NCBI GenBank assembly: GCA_040223615.1
Contig: JAVKFY010000011.1
Span: 125,169 to 189,168, forward strand
Reading direction: 5' to 3'
Source: Alphaproteobacteria bacterium
Lineage (GTDB): Bacteria; Pseudomonadota; Alphaproteobacteria; GCA-2731375
DNA length: 64,000 nt
Shown here: positions 59,813 through 64,000 of the stretch, in pieces
How positions within the stretch are numbered: the stretch's first letter is position 1
How the letters are laid out: each line of letters starts with the position of its first letter
The notes under the pieces: generated by a model
What the model saw: the letters and a program-made list of their open reading frames with translations, nothing else
Databases searched by the model: none
What the model was told of the DNA's origin: nothing
Made by a program: the position numbers and the translations under genes

Positions 59813-59995
59813 GACGGTTCTCTGGACGGAAGCGATCCGGCGCGGGCCGGACGTCGATAGGGGCAGTTGGCTGATAGCGCGCCTTGGCGGGCGTCGCGCG
59901 GACCCTTCAGATGAGCGTCACCAAGGACAACGGACGGACCGCGGCTCGGCGAGGCCGGCGATAGCGGGGCGGATCCATCCTGGGGTACTCATGGG
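59813..59995 (-). promoter_or_regulatory. trpE(G) leader region with candidate 24-codon leader peptide (MSTPGWIRPAIAGLAEPRSVRCPW, ATG near 59992) and downstream GC hairpins
   Basis: Own translation of minus strand; two Trp codons, one immediately before the stop; coordinates approximate to within 2 nt. Confidence 0.3.
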
Positions 59996-60024
59996 CCGCG
60001 ACGCTACACAACTCGCCCGGCTCT

Positions 60025-60334
60025 GTCCATCACGCGCTGTCTGTCGGCCGGCACCGGCGCCTCGGTGCGCGGCACATCGGAAGCGCTGCACGCACGCAAC
60101 CCGAAGATCCACTGCGTCGCCGTGGAGCCGGCGGAATCGGCGGTGCTGTCAGTCAGCGACGGCGGCGAGCACCGGATCGAAGGCATCGGCGCCGATTTCG
60201 TGGTGCCGCTGTGGCGGGCCGACGCCGTCGACGGGACCGAAACCGTCGCCACCGAGGCGGCGATGGTCACGCTGATGGTCGACAGCGGGATGAAGTACCT
60301 GTCGACCGCGCTCTACGGCCGCGCCGGCGGCTAG
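60025..60334 (+). pseudogene. 3' remnant of a cysteine synthase (CysK/CysM family) gene lacking its N-terminal ~180 codons
   Basis: Frame reads ...SAGTGASVRGTSEALHARNPKIHCVAVEPAESAVLS...HRIEGIGADFVVP...MKYLSTALYG, matching the C-terminal third of CysK (GTGGT loop, VAVEPxxSPVLS, IQGIGAGF, ERYLSTALF); no room upstream for the PLP-lysine half. Confidence 0.55.
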
Positions 60335-60894
60335 CGGTTCGCGCCCGGCACCCAGAGCACGTCGGTGGCGCCATCGTCGTTCAGGTGGCGGCTCAGCACG
60401 AACAAATGGTCGGACAGGCGGTTGACATATTTCAGTGCCGCCTCGTTGACCGGCTCGGCGGCGGCCAGGGCCACCATCTCGCGCTCGGCGCGGCGGGCTA
60501 CGGTGCGGGCCTGATGCAGGTGCGCGGCGGCGGCCGAGCCGCCCGGCAGCACGAAGGAGTTGAGCGGCGCCAGCTTCTCGTTGAGCGCGTCGATCTCGGC
60601 CTCCAGCCGGTCGACCTGCGCCGGCGCGACGCGAAGGCCGCCGGCCTTGCGCCCCTCGCCCTGCGGCGTGCACAGGTCGGCACCGAGGTCGAACAGGTCG
60701 TTCTGGATCCGCGCCAGCATCGCGTCGGCGTCGCCCTCGGTGTGCAGGCGGGCCAGGCCGATGGCGGCGTTGGTCTCGTCGACGGTGCCGAACGCCGCGA
60801 CGCGCAATGCGGTCTTGGATACTCGGCTGCCGTCGCCCAGGCTGGTCTCGCCAGCGTCCCCGCCTCGGGTATAGATGCGCGTCAGGCGAACCAT
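60331..60894 (-). CDS. cob(I)yrinic acid a,c-diamide / cob(I)alamin adenosyltransferase, PduO type
   Basis: IYTRGGDAGETSL N-terminal motif of PduO-type ATR. Confidence 0.88.
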   Translation of the reverse strand: MVRLTRIYTRGGDAGETSLGDGSRVSKTALRVAAFGTVDETNAAIGLARLHTEGDADAMLARIQNDLFDLGADLCTPQGEGRKAGGLRVAPAQVDRLEAEIDALNEKLAPLNSFVLPGGSAAAAHLHQARTVARRAEREMVALAAAEPVNEAALKYVNRLSDHLFVLSRHLNDDGATDVLWVPGANR

Positions 60895-60908
60895 CTCAGC
60901 TCACCTGC

Positions 60909-61106
60909 CTACAGCACGAACAGGAACAGCAGGATCACGCCGACGGCGGCGAACTGCAGCAGCACGCGCAACTGCATGAGCTTGTTGGAGCGCCGGTGTT
61001 TCTCCACGCTATCGCCGTCGCGCGCCATGGTGACGACGCCGAACAGCAACACGCCGACAATCGCCACCAGCAGCACGACCATCACGATCGGCAGGGCGGC
61101 GCTCAT
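60909..61106 (-). CDS. twin-transmembrane-helix small protein (65 aa)
   Basis: Two hydrophobic helices separated by MARDGDSVEKHRRSNKLMQLR. Confidence 0.65.
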   Translation of the reverse strand: MSAALPIVMVVLLVAIVGVLLFGVVTMARDGDSVEKHRRSNKLMQLRVLLQFAAVGVILLFLFVL

Positions 61107-61167
61107 GGCCGTGCCCAGCAGAACACGGCCCGCTTATCATGATGAGCGTGCTGCTGCGCGCTCATGG
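61101..61167. repeat. about 65-nt double-hairpin repeat, copy 2 (copy 1 at 5847..5911)
   Basis: Hand alignment: CTCATGGCCGTGCCC(A/G)(G/A)CAG(A/G)AC(A/G)CGGCCC..(8-10)..ATGAGCGTGCTG(C/T)TGCGCGCTCAT, about 85% identical between copies. Confidence 0.6.
61103..61165 (-). CDS. 20-codon upstream ORF (MSAQQHAHHDKRAVFCWARP) inside second copy of double-hairpin element; stop overlaps start of twin-TM gene (ATGA)
   Basis: Read from minus strand; paralogous to uORF at 5847..5909. Confidence 0.3.
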   Translation of the reverse strand: MSAQQHAHHDKRAVFCWARP

Positions 61168-61291
61168 CCGCTTCACAACCTCAGTCATGATGCAGACATA
61201 TGGTGCCGGCGTCTCGCTGGCAATGGCACTGTCGTCGGCGCGAGGCAGCGGGCTAGCATGGCCGCGTCCCGCTAGCGCCAAGGAATTTCCA

Positions 61292-62065
61292 ATGATCCAG
61301 TTCTACGATGTCCCGTTCAGCCCGTTCGCGCAGAAGGTGAAGCTCGCACTGCTGGAGAAGGGCCTGGACTACGAAACGCCGCCGGCCGAGCTCGGCCCGG
61401 ACACGCCGATGAAGGCGGTCAATCCGCGCGGCGAGGTCCCGGCGCTGGTCGACGAGGGGCTGGCGATCTTCGACAGCTCGATCATCCTGGAATACCTGGA
61501 GGACCGGTATCCCGAGACACCGCTGCGGCCGGCCGATGCCGCCGGACGGGCCCGCGCGCGGATGATCGAGGAAGTCTGCGACAGCCAGTTCGAGGCGGTG
61601 AACTGGGGCCTGAACGAGATCATCGGCTTCAAGCGCGCCGACGGCGACCTGGCGGCGCGCATCCTGGCCCGGGCGAGCGCGGAGGCGGCGCAGTTGCAGG
61701 GCTGGCTCGAAGGTCAACTCGGCGGCGCCGACTGGTTCAATGGCGCCACCTTCGGCTATGGCGACATCGCGGTCTGGCCCTACGTGCAGACCGCGTCGAT
61801 CTTCAAGCGCGGGCCCGCCGAGGGCTCAGCGCTGGCCGCCTGGCATGGCCGCATGGCCGAGCGCGCCAGCGTGCAGCGGACCATCGCGGAAGTGAAGCAG
61901 GCGCTGCCGCTGATCCGCGAACTGGGCGCGAAGTTCACCAGCGGCCAGGCGGCGCGACAGTTCCGCGACCACCGGCTGGAGTTCATGTTGCGTGCCGGCG
62001 GCGCGGAAGTCGTTACCCGGGGACTGGAGAACGGCACGATCCGGTTCTCCACCCTCCCGGGATAA
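61292..62065 (+). CDS. glutathione S-transferase family protein
   Basis: 257 aa from MIQFYDVPFSPFAQKVKLAL; thioredoxin-like N-domain plus helical C-domain. Confidence 0.85.
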   Translation: MIQFYDVPFSPFAQKVKLALLEKGLDYETPPAELGPDTPMKAVNPRGEVPALVDEGLAIFDSSIILEYLEDRYPETPLRPADAAGRARARMIEEVCDSQFEAVNWGLNEIIGFKRADGDLAARILARASAEAAQLQGWLEGQLGGADWFNGATFGYGDIAVWPYVQTASIFKRGPAEGSALAAWHGRMAERASVQRTIAEVKQALPLIRELGAKFTSGQAARQFRDHRLEFMLRAGGAEVVTRGLENGTIRFSTLPG

Positions 62066-62074
62066 CGAACCCGG

Positions 62075-62500
62075 CTACTCGTCGAGCGTGTCGCCAGAGC
62101 CGCCGAAGTCGGACGGCATGTCCTTGAACTTGGGCAGGCCGTCCTTCACCGAGACCGACTTCATGCCATAGAAGACATGCAGCGCCGGCTTGTGTTCCAT
62201 GCCCGCCACGACGTCGTGATAGACGTCGACCATCTTGAAATTGGGATGGTCGGAATAGAGATGGCCGCCACAGGTCTTGCAGAACTTGCGGAAGCTGTTC
62301 TCGGTCTTGTTGAAGGTGGCGATATTGTCCTCGCCCTTGGTCACGGCGACGCTGCCGAGCGGAAACAGCGAGAAGGCATTGATCGGCGCCGCGGCCCACT
62401 GCGCGCAGTCGTCGCAATGGCAGTAGCCCTGCACCGCGGGCTCGCCGCTGACCTCGAACTCGACGGCGCCGCAGAAACATTTTCCGGTCAAACCAGCCAT
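62075..62500 (-). CDS. GFA-family (glutathione-dependent formaldehyde-activating / CENP-V-like) zinc protein
   Basis: CFCGAV...CHCDDC...CKTCG cysteine pattern. Confidence 0.85.
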   Translation of the reverse strand: MAGLTGKCFCGAVEFEVSGEPAVQGYCHCDDCAQWAAAPINAFSLFPLGSVAVTKGEDNIATFNKTENSFRKFCKTCGGHLYSDHPNFKMVDVYHDVVAGMEHKPALHVFYGMKSVSVKDGLPKFKDMPSDFGGSGDTLDE

Positions 62501-62614
62501 GTCGTTTCTCCCTGATCGATTGGTGGCATAGCTTAACCACGATCCGTGGCGCTTTGAAACGGACCCGCGCGCTGACTAGGATGCCTGCCGCATGCTGACA
62601 TATCGAAAACGGCG

Positions 62615-63166
62615 ATGAGCGCGGCAGCCGAGGACGCCGATGACGCGATCCGCATCTTCACCTCCAGGTGGAAGATGGCGGCGCTGGTGCTGCCGTGTTT
62701 CTTCGTCGCCACGGTTGGCCTGCGCGGGCTGTGGCTGGAAGGCATCGAGCACAACCTGCTCGTCAACGTCATGCTGATCGCGATCGGGATCGGCGGCGGA
62801 CTGATCCTGGCCAACATGGCGTTCGAGCGCGAGCCGGTTCTGACCATCGATGCCGAGGGCGTGACCTGTCGTCGGCCGCCGACCGGCCTGATCCCGTGGG
62901 AGGCGATCGCGGGGCTGGGCATGGGCAAGGTGTCGCTGCTGCGCAAGGTGCTGCTGATCGCGGTCGACACGCCGGCGACCGAGCCGGCACTGGCGGCCAA
63001 GGTCGACCGGTTTCGCGCCTCGACGCTGCTGAACCCGGCCGTGTCGCGCTTCCAGGGCCAGTTCAAGGGCGGCGCGGTGATCCAGGTGCCGATCTCGCTG
63101 CTGGACGTGAAAGCGCCCGAGCTGCAACGACTTTTGGAGGAACGGGTGCACTACGCCGGCGACTGA
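62615..63166 (+). CDS. hypothetical membrane protein
   Basis: 183 aa, two N-terminal TM helices, no recognised motif. Confidence 0.45.
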   Translation: MSAAAEDADDAIRIFTSRWKMAALVLPCFFVATVGLRGLWLEGIEHNLLVNVMLIAIGIGGGLILANMAFEREPVLTIDAEGVTCRRPPTGLIPWEAIAGLGMGKVSLLRKVLLIAVDTPATEPALAAKVDRFRASTLLNPAVSRFQGQFKGGAVIQVPISLLDVKAPELQRLLEERVHYAGD

Positions 63167-63200
63167 GACCGGCGGCCCGCAACAGAGGAGATGAGGGAAC

Positions 63201-63872
63201 ATGGGTAAGGATCTGACGCTGACCAGCGACGACGGCCACAGCTTCGTGGCCTACCGGGCCGACCCGTCCGGCACGCCGAAAGGCGCCATCATGGTGATCC
63301 AGGAAATCTTCGGCGTGAACAAGCACATCCGCGAGGTCTGCGACGGTTTCGCCAAGGACGGCTTCGTCGCGGTGGCGCCGTCGCTCTACGACCGCAGCTC
63401 GGCCAAGGCGGTACAGCTCGGCTACACGCCCGAAGACGTCGCCAAGGGCCGCGACCTGCGCACAGAGTTTCCGGAGAGCGAAGCGGTCAAGGACATGGCC
63501 ACCACGGTGAAGATGTTGAACGACGAAGGCCTGCAGGTCTGCTCGGTCGGCTATTGCTGGGGCGGGACGATGTCGTATCTCGCGGGCGTGCACGTGCCGG
63601 TGAAGGGCGCGGTGGTCTATTACGGCGGCCAGATCATGCCGCACGTCGACGAAAAGGGCGGCTGCCCGATGCTGATGCACTTCGGCACCAAGGACCAGGG
63701 CATCCCGCTGGACGACGTGAAGGAGATCGACGCCAAGCATCCCGAGGCCGAGGTCCACACCTACGAGGCCGACCACGGCTTCAATTGCGACCATCGCGGC
63801 CAGTATGACGAAGCGGCGGCCAAGCAGGCGCGCGAACGCACCGTCGCCTTCTTCAACAAGCAGTTGGGGTAG
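63201..63872 (+). CDS. dienelactone hydrolase family protein (carboxymethylenebutenolidase-like)
   Basis: 223 aa; VGYCWGG nucleophile motif, catalytic D and H downstream; GAGGAG RBS. Confidence 0.85.
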   Translation: MGKDLTLTSDDGHSFVAYRADPSGTPKGAIMVIQEIFGVNKHIREVCDGFAKDGFVAVAPSLYDRSSAKAVQLGYTPEDVAKGRDLRTEFPESEAVKDMATTVKMLNDEGLQVCSVGYCWGGTMSYLAGVHVPVKGAVVYYGGQIMPHVDEKGGCPMLMHFGTKDQGIPLDDVKEIDAKHPEAEVHTYEADHGFNCDHRGQYDEAAAKQARERTVAFFNKQLG

Positions 63873-64000
63873 GCGGTAACGAATCCGGGGCCGCCGTCAC
63901 GTTGCGGTGAGCGGTGACCCTGGCGTTGCCAACGCCGCCTACACTCCCGACGACATTCGCGGGAGGTATGTGATGTTGAAGTGGTTGCGCGGCGCGGTGC

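Noticed and set aside
1-64000. Search for CRISPR arrays, transposases, integrases, phage or defence-system genes, toxin-antitoxin pairs
   Set aside because: No regular direct-repeat/spacer array, no DDE/tyrosine/serine recombinase signatures and no recognisable defence or TA proteins were found in any frame. The only repeat family seen is the 65-nt double-hairpin element.

Overview
This 64-kb window is a very GC-rich (about 68%) alphaproteobacterial-type chromosome segment. It is densely packed with housekeeping and catabolic genes and contains no CRISPR array, transposase, integrase or phage gene.

Gene content, left to right:
- A UbiA-type prenyltransferase fragment at the window edge, then an RND efflux pair (membrane fusion protein plus AcrB-like pump) lying directly downstream of the protocatechuate branch genes pcaH, pcaG and pcaB. 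A luciferase-like monooxygenase and pcaC lie just beyond.
- A cytoplasmic multi-PAS hybrid histidine kinase, a thiamine-pyrophosphate-dependent enzyme and recQ.
- A catabolic locus of unknown substrate: a 2-hydroxyacid dehydrogenase and a TIM-barrel isomerase, divergent from an operon of a PHP-like hydrolase, tctC, tctB, tctA, an enolase-superfamily enzyme and a BON-MscS channel.
- An orphan xanthine-dehydrogenase-family molybdopterin subunit.
- A DEAD-box helicase followed by cspA.
- An operon of a membrane protein, a CMD-like protein and an ECF41 sigma factor, next to a photolyase gene.
- An MscK-type channel, then a maleate-isomerase-like gene, an acyl-CoA ligase and a thiolase.
- A TPR glycosyltransferase, an RraA-like protein and an ABC-2 permease with no ATPase gene.
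- argD, argF and hslO, with argE convergent.
- trkH, apaG, a MaoC hydratase and a family III CoA-transferase.
- tRNA-Gly(CCC), a TRAP transporter (dctP, dctQ, dctM), a cupin protein and a MarR regulator.
- A fused trpE(G) gene with a candidate Trp leader peptide, abutted by a cysteine-synthase remnant.
- A PduO-type adenosyltransferase, a glutathione S-transferase, a GFA-family protein and a dienelactone hydrolase.

Three things do not look ordinary:
- An 0.83-kb low-GC non-coding island between the MarR gene and the trpE(G) 3' end. It is bounded by imperfect direct repeats and carries repeated GTTAAC-centred motifs, nested hairpins and two plus-strand intrinsic terminators.
- A roughly 65-nt double-hairpin element present twice, upstream of pcaB and upstream of a small membrane protein. 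Each copy encodes a conserved 20-codon upstream ORF (MSAQQHAH...ARP) whose start and stop codons overlap the flanking genes.
- The TTT-transporter operon with the PHP-like protein, the enolase-superfamily enzyme and the BON-MscS channel, whose substrate is unknown.

Many ORFs of 100 to 1500 aa in the supplied track are antisense or out-of-frame artefacts of the high GC content and were not called. Hand-placed start coordinates may be off by 1 to 3 nt.
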